Positions 12,315-23,522 of a DNA stretch of 64,000 nt are shown here, in pieces. Source of the stretch: Rebecca billardiae RCC1528 (taxonomy: Eukaryota > Protista > Haptophyta). The position numbers were made by a program, and so were the translations under genes. Location: positions 2,108,001-2,172,000 of the forward strand of contig OZ251231.1 of assembly GCA_965240325.2 (NCBI GenBank). The letters are read 5' to 3'. The notes beneath the pieces were generated by a model. That model was not told the DNA's origin and searched no databases. It was given only the letters and a program-made list of their open reading frames with translations. Every line of letters begins with the position of its first letter. The stretch's first letter is position 1.

Positions 12315-14255
12315 ATGGGGGCATGCGCGTCGCGCCATGATGATTTTCAGAAGCGACAGCAGCTCATACGCGACGCCAGCCAACGCGACTCAACCGACCA
12401 GTGGCCGATCCACATCCCGGAGGACCCGAGCGTGCCCATCGTGCCGATGCCGTCCATCTCGACCGAGATGCTGCCGGAGATCCAGTCGAACACGCACCAG
12501 CGACCGTCGGCGCGGGAAGGTGGGGGGGCGATGTGCCTCGGCGCGATGGGCAACACCGCTCGCCGCGCGCTCGGCTGCTGCTGGGCTCAGCGCGCCGTGT
12601 ACGGCGTGCGGCTGCAAACGCTGCAACGGCTGCGCGACCGCGCGGCCAAGCTCGAGGCGAAGCCGGGCCCGGAGCGGGCATGGCGCGCGGGCGAGCGCGC
12701 GCGCACGCGGCGCGCGGCCGGCGAGCCGCTCACCATCGACGACGTCGCGCACGAGGTCGTGCACGAGGACGTCGCCGCGCGCGGCGGCGCGTTGTTTGAC
12801 GCGTTGCCCGCGGAGGAGAAGGGACTGGCGAGCGTCTGCGTGATCGCGGCGCGCGACTCGCGCTTCGACGAGCTTGTGGACGCGATCGAGTCGGCGGACG
12901 GGAGAAGCGCGGCGCGCGCGGTGTACTGGCTCGAGCTCGTGATGGAGCCCGCCGTCGCCGACGCCGAGTGGCAGGACTACGGCGCGCGCGTGCGGCAGAC
13001 AAAGCAGCGGCTGCGCACAGTCGGCACAGCCATGATCGTGATCACGCCGTGGTCGGCGCCGCTCGTGCTCGCGGACCTGTGGACCCTGTTCGAGATGAAG
13101 GCGTCGTCGCTGCACGCGACGGAGGTGCACCTGCGCATCCCGCAGTCGCACAAGGACGCCTTCACGCGCGCGCTCCACGCGGAGTTTGACGGTGTCGCGC
13201 GCGCGCTGGTCTCTGTCGAGCCCGAGGCGGTCGTGAACGCGGCGATCGTCGAGCGCGCCGGGCTGATCGAGGCGGTGAAGGACGAGGCGGGCGGGCTGGA
13301 GCTGGTGGTGCAGCGCGTGATCCTGCTGCTGCGCTCCTGGCTCATCGAGTCCGCGCAGCTCATCCTCCGCCAGCGCCGCGACGACCTCGGCCTGACGCGC
13401 TCGCTCGCCAAGCTGCTCCGGCAGCACGGCGACGCGCGGCAGACGGAGGAGCTGTTGCGCACGCTCGTGCAGCTCGAGGAGGAGCGGCACGGCGAGCGGC
13501 ACCCGGACACGCTGATGGCGGTGCAGCAGCTCGGCGTGCACCTGTACGACGTGGGCAAGCTCGACGCGGCCGCGCACATGCACCGCCGCGTGCTCGAGCT
13601 CTTCGAGCAGCAGCGCGGGTGGGACCACCCTGACACGCTCCACGCGGCGCTGCTGCTCGCGGACGTGAACGCGCGGCGCAACAAGCTCGAGCTGGCGGAG
13701 GCGCTGTACGTGCACGTGCTCGCGGGGCACCGGCCGCTGGGGAGGAAGCACCGCAAGGTGCTCTACGCGCAGCTCGGCCTCGGCATCGTGTGGGACAGGC
13801 TCGGCCGCCTCGACGACGCGGAGGAGCTGCTGCGCGAGAACCTCGCCCTGCGCGAGGAGGTGAACGGCCCTGAGGCGCCGGACACGCTGCGCACGTGCCT
13901 GCAGCTGGCGAGCGTGCTCGACTCGCGCGGGAAGGCGGAGGAGGCGAAAGAGTACTACCTGCGCGCGAGCGGCGGGCCGATCGCGAAGGTTGGCCCCGTG
14001 CGCTCCGCCACGCGCACGCTGCGCCTCGCCGCGGGCGACGCCGAGTCGGACTACCAGTCGGACGACGGCGAGGAGGAGGAGGACGAGGTGGCGACGAGGG
14101 CGCTCACGCGCGCGCGCCGGCTCTCGCAGAGCCTCGAGGCGCGGCGCAACATCCCGGCGTTCGCGCAGGGGCCGGTGCGGCACACGATCAAGCGGCCGTC
14201 CTCGCAGGTGTACTCGCAGGAGGTGCCGGCGCCGGGCACAATGCCGCTGGTGTGA
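12315..14255 (+). CDS. TPR protein (kinesin-light-chain-type 42-aa repeats) with an N-terminal alpha/beta domain; MGAC N-terminus suggests myristoylation
   Basis: Intronless ORF. Repeats GERHPDTLMAVQQLG, GWDHPDTLHAALLLA, GRKHRKVLYAQLGLG and GPEAPDTLRTCLQLA. Confidence 0.85.
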   Translation: MGACASRHDDFQKRQQLIRDASQRDSTDQWPIHIPEDPSVPIVPMPSISTEMLPEIQSNTHQRPSAREGGGAMCLGAMGNTARRALGCCWAQRAVYGVRLQTLQRLRDRAAKLEAKPGPERAWRAGERARTRRAAGEPLTIDDVAHEVVHEDVAARGGALFDALPAEEKGLASVCVIAARDSRFDELVDAIESADGRSAARAVYWLELVMEPAVADAEWQDYGARVRQTKQRLRTVGTAMIVITPWSAPLVLADLWTLFEMKASSLHATEVHLRIPQSHKDAFTRALHAEFDGVARALVSVEPEAVVNAAIVERAGLIEAVKDEAGGLELVVQRVILLLRSWLIESAQLILRQRRDDLGLTRSLAKLLRQHGDARQTEELLRTLVQLEEERHGERHPDTLMAVQQLGVHLYDVGKLDAAAHMHRRVLELFEQQRGWDHPDTLHAALLLADVNARRNKLELAEALYVHVLAGHRPLGRKHRKVLYAQLGLGIVWDRLGRLDDAEELLRENLALREEVNGPEAPDTLRTCLQLASVLDSRGKAEEAKEYYLRASGGPIAKVGPVRSATRTLRLAAGDAESDYQSDDGEEEEDEVATRALTRARRLSQSLEARRNIPAFAQGPVRHTIKRPSSQVYSQEVPAPGTMPLV

Positions 14256-14646
14256 GCCGTGAGCGCCCGCTGACCGGCGGCGGCGGCGCTGCGCGCGCTC
14301 TCCCGACGCTGGCGCGCGCGCGGGACGTGTCCGGCCCCGGCCGCCAGCCACTCAGCCAGCAGCCCACACGCCAGTCCCGGCGGTGGGGCGCTGCTGCCCG
14401 GCGCACGCAGTCCCATATGACACTCCATTTGACAGCCTGGCGAGGGGACGTCTCGTCAGGCTTGGACAGGTGGCGCAGTTGGACAGGACCGGCGGAGTAC
14501 GACGGCTGAGGTGGTGCAAGGCGCTAATCAGGGACACACGACGCCGCGGGTTACCCCCATATTGACAAACAGCTATGGCTCGTCGGGAATCTCCCGGACT
14601 CCGCCCTCAACTTGTAAGCAGCCGCGGAGCCGCTGAAACTAAGGAC

Positions 14647-17197
14647 ATGGCGACCTCGGGCGCGCAACAGGCGGCCGCCGTCGTGACGCTGCAGGCGGTG
14701 CGCGCCGACCTGGCGATCCTGAAGAACGTGGCGACCGAGGACGTCGCCGGCTACCGCGCCGCGACGCGCAGCATCGCCGCCAACTGCCGCAAGTCGAAGC
14801 CGGGCCTCGCCAAGTACTGCCGCGAGGGCCTGCTCGAGGTCTTGGCCAACGCGGTCGCCGAGGTGCCGTCGCACCCGAACCTGGTGAACTCGACGCTGGA
14901 CATCACGCTGATCATCGCGAAGCTCATCATCGAGAGCGCCCCGACCGCCGACGCGGCCGCCGCCGCCGCCGCCGCCGCCCCGAACGGCAGCGCCGCCGCG
15001 AACGGCGGCGGCAGCGGCGGCGGCAGCGGCGGCGCGAGCGGCGCGGGCGCGGGCGCGTCCGGCTCCGCGGGCGGCGCGGGCGCGAGCGCCGAGCGGGCGC
15101 GGCAGCAGGCGAGCTTCAGCGTCGGCGAGACCGTCCTCGCGCGGCGGCAGGACGGCGACCTGTGCGAAGGCACCATCGCGCAGCGCTTTGGCGACTCGTC
15201 GTACCTGGTGATGTGGAGCGACACGCACGACACGTCCGCGCAGCTCGAGGCGAGCGACATCATGCCGCTCGCGTCGGGGATGAGCCTCGGCGAGGCGCGG
15301 CGGCGGCACCGCGTCGCGCCCGCGTTCATCCTCAACAACTTCCTCCTCAAGACCGCCATCCCCTCCGCCGACCTCTCGCGCGTGCAGATGGTCGTACGCG
15401 ACGGCGCGGACGTGAACTGCGCGGACGCCGACGGCAACTCGCCGCTGATGATCGCGATCTCGCACGACGCGCCCACGCGGATGCTCTCGTTCCTGCTCTC
15501 GCGCGGCGCGCACGCCAACGCGAGCGGCTCCTCCGGCACGCCGCTCCAGCTCGCCGCCGCGCACGGCAACAGCGAGGCGGTGGAAGTGCTGCTGCAGTAC
15601 GGTGCGGACGCGTCCGCGGTCGACACGGGCGCGTGCGACGAGGCGGTGGCGGCGATCCTCGCGGCGCACCTCTCGGCTCGCGCGCCGAACGCGCCGCAGG
15701 CGAAGGGTGCGCGCGCGCGCCGCCGCCGCCGCCGCCGCGCCTGCGCGCGCGCCCTTTGCGCGGCGCCCGGCTCACGCGCGAGCGCCGCGCGCCCCGCCGG
15801 CCCCGCGGCCCCGCGCCGCCGCCGCCGCCGCCGCCGCCTCCGCCGCGCAGACGAGCGCGAGGCGACGGAGCTGAGCGCGGAGGAGCACGCGTCGTACGAG
15901 TGCGCGTGCTGCACCCTGCTCGTCCCCGCCCTCGTCCACGCGCGCGCGCGCGCGCACGCCGCCAAGGCCGCGCGGCGCGCCCTGCTTGTCCTCTCGTACC
16001 TGTGCGAGTGGGCGGCGGCGGAGCACTGGGCGCAGCTGCTGCCGGACGACGCGGAGGCGCTGGTGGCGGCGCTGGTGGCGGCGCTGCGCGTGGAGGACGC
16101 GGGGGAGCTGCTCGCGGTGCTGCGCATCGCGCTCGTCGTGCTCGAGCGCGCGCCCGCCCTCGCCGCCTCCTTCGACCGCCACGGCTGCGTGCGCGCCCTC
16201 GACGCGATCGCGGTCGGCGGCATCGGCGTCGGCCGCGGCGGCGCGGCGCCCGGCGGCCGCGCGCCGCTCGGCTCGGGCGCGAGCGCGGCGCTGTCCGGGG
16301 CGTACGCGCGCGCGGCGGCGCTCGGCGCCGGCCGGCCCGCCGCCGAGCGCGCCGCCGCCGCCGACGCCGCCGACGCCCCCTCGCTCGCGCGCGCCGCTCG
16401 GGAGAAAATCGTCCGCAGCCGCGAGCTTGACGGCGCGGCGCGCGGCGCGCACGCGCACGCGCTCGGCCAGCTGGCGGCGCGCGCGCGCGCGGGCGAGCTC
16501 GCGCTCGGCGCGGCGGACGGGCTGCCGAGCGTGCTCGCGCGCGCGGGCGGGATGAACGCGCAGGAGCTCGAGGAGAGCGGCGTGCTCGAGGCGCTGGCGC
16601 GCGCACTCGAGCATGAGCCCGCGGCCGCGGCCTCGCTGCACGCCGCGCTGCGCGCCGCGCCCGCCGCGCAGCCGCTCTGCTTGGAAGAGGCGGCGGCGGC
16701 GGCGGCGGCGGCGCACGCGCCGGCGGGCGGCGGCACGCCGGCCCAGCGCGCGTCGCGCCCGGTCACGCGCTCCAGCACGGGCGCCTCGCCGCCCGCCGTC
16801 GACGCGCCGCCGCCCGCCGCGCCGCCGCCCAAGCGCGCGGCCGCGCCGAGCGCGCGCCGCGCGCCGCTCACGCCTCTGCAGCGGCTCGTGCGGCTGCTGC
16901 ACACGGTGGTGGCCGAGCACGACGAGCTGCCGATGGCGCTGTGCGCGGCGTCGGACGGGCAGCAGTCGCTGCGCGCCGCCACCGAGCCGCTGCACCTCAG
17001 CCTCCACCCGCTCCCGCCGCAGCGCTCCGCGGTCACGGGCGCGCCGCGGGGCGCGGGCGCGCGCACGCGCACGTCCCTCGACTCGCACTTTGCGGACGCG
17101 AGGATGGCGATGGTGCACGACATGGCCGCCGACGCCGACTTTGACGTGCACGACGACGACGTGGACGACGACGTGGACGACGACGACGACGACGAGC

Positions 17198-17251
<54 letters not shown>

Positions 17252-20200
17252 AGGAGGAGGAGGACGACGACGTCGACGACGACGACGACGAAGACGTGGA
17301 TGCGATGGAGCACGAGGAGGAGGCGGCAGCGCAGCAGCACGCCGCCGCCGCCGGCGGCGGGAGCGGCGCGCACGCCGGCGGTGGCGCCGAGGCCGCCGGC
17401 GCGCGGCAGCGCGGCAGCGCTCCGCCCGCCGAGCGGCGCGGCGGCGGCGGCGCGGGCGGCGCCACCTCAGAGCCTCTTTTTGCGGTCGAGCCCCTGGTGC
17501 GCGTGGCGGAGCTGGAGCGCCACCTGATCCGCACGACAGCCGTGGCGGACGCGGAGTACACGGCGTACTGCAAGGGCCTCGTCGGCGCGGTCGTCGACGA
17601 GCGCGCGCACCGCGCGGACGCGGGCGGCGCGGAGGGCTCGGCCGCGGCCGCGCGCGCGGCGCGCGCCGCGGCCGCGGGCCCCCCCGCCGCGCCCGCGCCT
17701 GCGGCGGCCGCGGCCGCGGCCGCGGCGGGCTCGGCGGGCTCGGCGGGCTCGGCGGGCGCGAGCACGCCGAGCGCCGCCGACGGCGCCCCCTTCCGCCGCG
17801 CCGTGGTGCTCGGCTTCAGCACCGTCTCCGCGCTCGGCCTCGGCGTGCACCGGCTGTGCTACGACGACACGGGCGAGTGCGTGCAGCTCGTGCTCGGCGC
17901 GCGCGAGTACTCGGTGGTGGGGCGGGTGGCGCCCGCCGAGCTGGCGGCGGTGTGCGCGGCGGCGGACGCGGCGGAGGCGTCGGGCGTGGACCGCGCGAAC
18001 GCGCGCGTGCACACCGTCAACCTGCACTGCCCCGAGGGCCTGCCCGTCGAGCTCTTCTTGGAGAACATTCTCAGCGAGGTGCGGCGCTCGCTGCGGCAGG
18101 CCGACCCGGGACACGCGCCGATGACGCGCGGCGTCTCCGAGGAGTACGGCTGGCGCGACCGCGGGTGGGAGCGGGGCGGGCTGCAGTTCGAGCGGCTGCT
18201 CGCCGAGCGGCTGCGCACCGCGGGCGTCGGCCCCATCGCGCGCCGCCAGACGCAGCACGAGGCGGAGACGCTCGTGCACCGCCTCTCGCGCATCGTGATG
18301 ACCTCCGTCGACGTGGACGCGAGCGCGGAGCCTGCGGAGCTGGAGGCGGCGGGCGAGCGGCTCGCGGTGGGCGCGCGCGTGCAGGCGGTCGGGCGCACGG
18401 GCTCGCGGCAGTGGATGTGCGCCACGCTCATCGAGCCGGGCGGCGCCTCCGCCGCCGCCTCCGCCGCCGCCGCGCCCGGCGGCGGCGGCGGCGGCGGCGC
18501 GTCCGCCGCGCCCGGCGGCAGCGGCGGCGCGTCCGCCGCCAGCGGCGGCGGCGGCTCAGGCCTGGGCCTTCTGTACGACGACGGCGTGTGGGAGCCGTGC
18601 GTGCCGCACCACCAGATCAGGCTGGTGCAGCCCGCGGCGGAGTCGAGCGCGGCGCGGCGCAACCCGCTCGCCGCCGTCTTCATGACCTTCGAGCAGTTCA
18701 TCTCCGCGCGCGAGGAGCAGTCGCACGCCGAGCACGGCGCGGGCGGCCGGCCGGTCGTGCTCGCAAACCTGCGCCGCTCGCTCTCCGCCTTCGACCTGGG
18801 GCGCGTGTCGACGGTTGGGCACGTGGAGCTGGGCGGGGGCGGCGCGGGCGGCGCGGCGGAGGCGGGCGGCGCGGGCGCGGGCGCGCCGGGCGGCGCCGCG
18901 CTCGGAGGGGAGCGCGGCGCGGACGCCGAGGCGATGGCCGAGCCGGGCGCGCCGGGCGCGGCCGCGGACGCGGCGGACGCGGACGCGCCGCCCGTGGGTG
19001 GTGCCGCGCCGCGCCGCAGCGCCGCGGCCGCGCCGCCGGGCGGCCGCCCGCTCGTCTCGGGCCCCGAGCCGGTGACCCGGCTGGCCGTCGAGTTCGGCTA
19101 CCTGCCGCGCCCGCTCCCCGCCACGGAGGCCGAGCGCGCCGCCGCGGCCGCGGCCGCGCCCCCCCTGCAGCCGCTCGTGGGCGCGCACACGACCCTGCGC
19201 GGGCTGCACGAGCTGTGGCACGTGCGCGCGCGCGCCGCGGCCGCGCGCGCCGCCGAGGGCGGCGTGGCGGCCCCGGGCGGGAGCGGCGCGAGCGGCGGCG
19301 CGGCCGAGGTGGGCCCGATGCCGCGGCCGGGCGTCGTCACCTCGCTCTGCTTCCGGGTGGTCCCCGTGCGCGCGGCCGCGGAGGGCGCGCGCGCGGACGG
19401 CGCGGACGGCGCGGGCGCGGGCGCGGGCGGCGCGGCGGCCGCCGCGCTGGCGTCCGGCTGCTCGGACGCGCCGCAGCCGATGGACGTGGACGAGGCCGGG
19501 GCGGCGGCGGGCTCCGAGCCGGCCGACGCCGCGCGCCGGCTGCGCGACGTCACCCGCGCGATCGGCGTGCGCGCGCGCGCCCTCTCCGACGCCCTCGTCT
19601 GCCTCGGCGCGCTGCACGCGAGCGAGCGCGCGGCCGCCGAGCGCGCGCTCGCGGGGCGCGGCGGGCCGGACGACCCGGTGGCGGCGCACGGCACGCCGGC
19701 GCTCGAGGGCGGCGCGTCGGCCGCGCCGCCGCGCGGCACGCTGCCCCCGCTCGGCGGCGGCTCGTGGGTGTGCGCGCCCCTCGAGGCGAAGCTCTCCGCC
19801 CAGCTGACGGACGCGCTGGCGGTCGCGTCGGGCGCGCTGCCGGAGTGGTGCGGGCTGCTCACGCGCTCGGCGCCGTTCCTCTTCTCGGAGCGCGCGCGGC
19901 TGCGCCACCTGCACGCCTCCGCGTTCGGCGTCTCGCGCTCGCTCGCGTGGACGCAGGAGCAGCTGCTCGCGCAGCGCCGCACCGCCTTCGCCGAGGAGCT
20001 GCTGGCGGCGGAGCGGCTGCGCGCGGACGCGGAGGCGGCGCGCGACGCGGAGGCGCTGAGCGAGGCGCTCGACCAGCTCAGCGAGCTGGAGGAGCGGATC
20101 GCGCGCGACCGGCTCGGCTCGCTCGCGTCGGACATCGCCAAGGTGCGGCGCGACGACGTGCTCCCCGCCGCGCGCCGGCTGATGGCCGCGCACGCCGGCT

Positions 20201-21991
20201 CGCGCCGCGCGCTCGAGGTGCAGTTCGAGGCCGAGTCTGGCTTTGGCTCGGGCGTCACGCAGAACTTCTACTCGTGTGTCGCGGCCGAGCTGCACTCGGT
20301 CGAGGCGGCGGCGGAGGAGCACATGTGGCTCGGCTCGGCGGCGGGCGCGGGCGACGCGCCGACCACGCTCGCCGCCGCCGAGGCCGTCGGGCTCCACGTC
20401 CGGCCGCTGCCGTCGGACGCGCCGCCGGAGCGCGTGTCGCGCGCGCGGCACAGCTTCCGCGCGCTCGGCCAGCTGATGGCCAAGGCGTGCCTCGACCGCT
20501 TCATCGTGCCGCTGCCGCTCTCCGCGGCGTTCTTCGCGCTCGTGCGCGGCGACGCGGTGGGCGCGTGGGGGCTGCCCCCGCCCGGCGCGACCGGCGGCGT
20601 CGTGAGCGCGTACGCCGCCCTCTGCCGAGACGCGGCGGGCGAGGCGGGCGCGGCGGGCGCGCTCGCCGCGCCCGCGGCCGACGCCGAGTTTGCCGCGCGC
20701 TACCTGCACCTGGAGTACGAAATGAGCATCGCCGACTTCCTCTCCGCGCTGGGCGAGCCCACGTTTGTGTGCCCCGTCACGAGTGCGCGCGCTGCGCTGC
20801 GCCGCGCCGCGCCGCGCTGCCCCGCGCGCTGCCGCACCGCGCCCAGCTGAGCGCCGCGCGCCGCCGTGTCGCGCGTGCGCCGCGCCGTGCGTGCGCAGGC
20901 GCGCCGCTGTGCGCGGGCGGTGAGCGCCGCGCGCTGAGCGTCGAGTGCCTGCCCGAGTACGTGCAGCTGGTGATGCGCCTCTGGCTGGACGAGGGCGTGC
21001 GGTGCGTGCACACGCGCGCACGGCGGCCGCGCGCGCGGGCGGGGCTGGCAGCGCTTCCGCTCGGCACCGCTGTGTGCTCCGGCGATGCCGTGGCTGCGGT
21101 GCCGAGCTGCTGCTGCGGCGGAGGCGTGCGCACACCCGGCCTCACCCGACGCGCGCGCGCGCGCGCCGCGCGCCTCGCAGGGCGCAAGTCTCCGCGTTCC
21201 GCGAGGGCATCGAGAGCGTCTTCCCGTTCGGGCCTCTGCGCGCCTTCTCGCCCACAGAGCTGCGCTCGCTCATGTGCGGACGGCTGCGCATCGAGTGGGA
21301 GGTGCGCGCGCGCCCCCGGCGCGCCCCGGCGCGCCCCCGGCGCGCCCCCGGCTCACCCGCCGCGCCTGGCACAGCGCGGGCGCGCGCGCGGCGCGGCGGG
21401 CGGTGGCGCGGTGTGCCAGGCGCGGCCAGCGAGTGCGCTGCTCCGCGCTGCGCGCGCACCCACGGCTGACGCCCCCCCGCCGCGCTCGCGCTGCGCGTGC
21501 GCGCGAGCAGGAGTCGAGCCTGCAGCGCCACATCCACCCGACAGGCGGCCTCTCACGGGACACGCCGCCGTACACGTGAGCGCACCGCGCGCGCGCACCG
21601 CACCGCACCGCATGCGCACGCGCGCACGCGCGTGCGCGCGTGCGCACGCACGCACGCACCCGCCGCGGCTCACCGCCGCCGCGCCGGCGCGCGCTGCTGC
21701 GTCCGCAGGCTGCTGATCGAGGAGCTACTGCAGATGGCGCACGCCGAGCGCGCGCAGTTCCTCAACTTCGTCACGGCGTGCCCGCACCTGCCGCCCTCGG
21801 GGCTGGAGACGCTCGAGATCGAGGTGGCGCCCCAGCACGCGCACACGACGATCCCGACCTCGCAGACGTGCGGCAACAAGCTGTACCTGCCGCACTACCG
21901 CACCGCCGAGGAGCTGCGCAACGGGCTGCACGTCGCGTTCGCCAACGCGGAGTACGGCGGACTGCACGAGGTCGCGCATCACCAGCACTAG
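14647..21991 (+). CDS. HECT E3 ubiquitin ligase (TRIP12/UPL3/HECTD1-like) with Tudor-like domains, ankyrin repeats and an acidic tract. Exons 14647-15706, 15851-20782, 20899-21001, 21181-21301, 21511-21575, 21709-21991
   Basis: LPEWCGLLTRSAPFLFS, LEVQFEAESGFGSGVTQNFY, FLNFVTACPHLP and catalytic PTSQTCGNKLYLPHY. Ankyrin motifs DGNSPLMIA and GTPLQLAAAHGN. All splice junctions were checked in frame. Confidence 0.92.
17150..17320 (+). repeat. (GAC)n/(GAG)n trinucleotide tract encoding poly-Asp/Glu in the HECT gene
   Basis: Long gacgacgac and gaggaggag runs are visible directly. Confidence 0.95.
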
Positions 21992-22364
21992 CGGCCTAGC
22001 GCACCAGTTGTGACTGTGAGCTGGGGAGCCGGGGCCACGCGGCCGCGGCGGCCGGCCGGCCGCAGGCCATCACTCATCAGCGACGGCCCGTCGTCGCGTA
22101 TAGTCGTCCGTGAGCAGCAGCATCGCGCGCGCGTAGTGACTCGGTAGTGGCAGTCAGTCGTCACATTATCCGAGTACGTAGTTAGTACGGTAGCCGGCGG
22201 CAGCTAGCAGCGGCTTACTGAGTCACCTAGCGCCGCAGTAGCAGCTGATGATACTGAATAACATACTGCTGACGATATAGTTAATGAGTTAATCTGATGA
22301 TGACCCGGCACCAGAATAGCAGCCTTGATCAACCGTGCTCACTACTTCGTTCTATATATATATA

Positions 22365-22893
22365 TGTCTAGTCACTCCGCCATGCCTGGCTCGCACAAGC
22401 CACAAGGCGTCGGGTACGAAAAACGATGAAGCGTGCGGGTTGACGCGACAGCGGCGAGAGCAAGAGACCATATTGCATGAGGGGCGACGCGGCGAAGACA
22501 GTAGATGATGTCGTCGCGCCGCCGAACGATCAGGCGGGGAGCCGGGCCACACAGACAGCCAGCGACCTTACCGAGCAGAGGGGCTGCGGCGACTGCGGTG
22601 CACCTCCTGCAGCGGAGAGTGCACCCGGCAGTGCTCGATGCAGGCGATTCCCTTGCCCAGCTCGGCGCCTTCGTCGCGAGCAGCCCCATGGCGCCCCCGA
22701 GAGCGAAGCCTGATCGATCCGATGTGAGCGGTAACCAACCGAGTCCTGCAGGTGCGCCGCTGTGGGCCAGATTGGCAGCGCACCAGGACTCCTGCGCGCG
22801 GCGGTGCGCGCGGGACAACGCAGGAATGCCGTGCGAGCCGGATTCTTGGCGTCGCTCATAGACACTCAGTTATAGGTTCCCTATAACGCCACA
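22365..22893. mobile_element. Possible solo-LTR-like insertion (TG...CA, 529 bp) in a TA microsatellite
   Basis: Begins tgtcta after (TA)n and ends gccaca before tatatat. An 8-bp hairpin gttatagg-ttc-cctataac lies at 22869-22887. There is only one copy in the window. Confidence 0.3.
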
Positions 22894-23094
22894 TATATAT
22901 GCGCGCGCTCGCGTCATCGGATTCGGACTCGTCGGACTTCGCCTTCGGCGGATATGAGTCTTCGCGCGTCACATCATGCATATATATGTCAGTAGTATAT
23001 TGATCATATCCATCGTCAGGCATCACCATCAGCCTGATCAGGCGCCGCCGCGGGCCAACAATAAATTAGTAATAAGTGATATGATTTATAAGAT

Positions 23095-23096
<2 letters not shown>

Positions 23097-23123
<27 letters not shown>
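23097..23123. repeat. (CT)n microsatellite
   Basis: Uninterrupted ctctct run. Confidence 0.9.
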
Positions 23124-23125
<2 letters not shown>

Positions 23126-23522
23126 AATACATAAAACTAAAACTACTACTACTTGCTTGTCATCACAGCGGCGGCAGCAGCAGCGCTTCATGCATCCTCA
23201 ATCGCTGCGCAGCATCGGCAAAGCCGCGCGCAATCGCCGGATGGCGCCGCCGCCACGCTCGCCACGACAACATACCTATACCGCTGACAACCCACAGCAT
23301 CATGCATCATCGCGAGCATGGGGTGGTGACGCTGGTGCGCCTCGCGCACCAGGAGGAGCAGACTCGAATAAATAGATCTTGCTCGGAGCTCCAAGGGAAA
23401 GTATACGGGCATGCAAAGGGGGATTCGTGATTTGTCGTGCGCCGTCGTGCCGATTTTGTGTCGTGCTCGAGAGCAGACATACACACAGATGGAAGCGTCC
23501 CTCGCGGTCGACTTCCTCGTCC

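Noticed and set aside
12049-12324. 91-aa minus-strand ORF with protein-like composition
   Set aside because: It has no ATG start where annotated and no recognisable motif, and it overlaps the presumed promoter of the TPR gene.
14751-21716. Very long antisense or alternative-frame ORFs (e.g. 14751-17822, 17856-21716; also 28700-32410, 36430-41772, 39537-43187)
   Set aside because: Shadow frames of real genes. Stop codons are rare at this GC content, and the products are low-complexity Arg/Ala/Ser with no domains.
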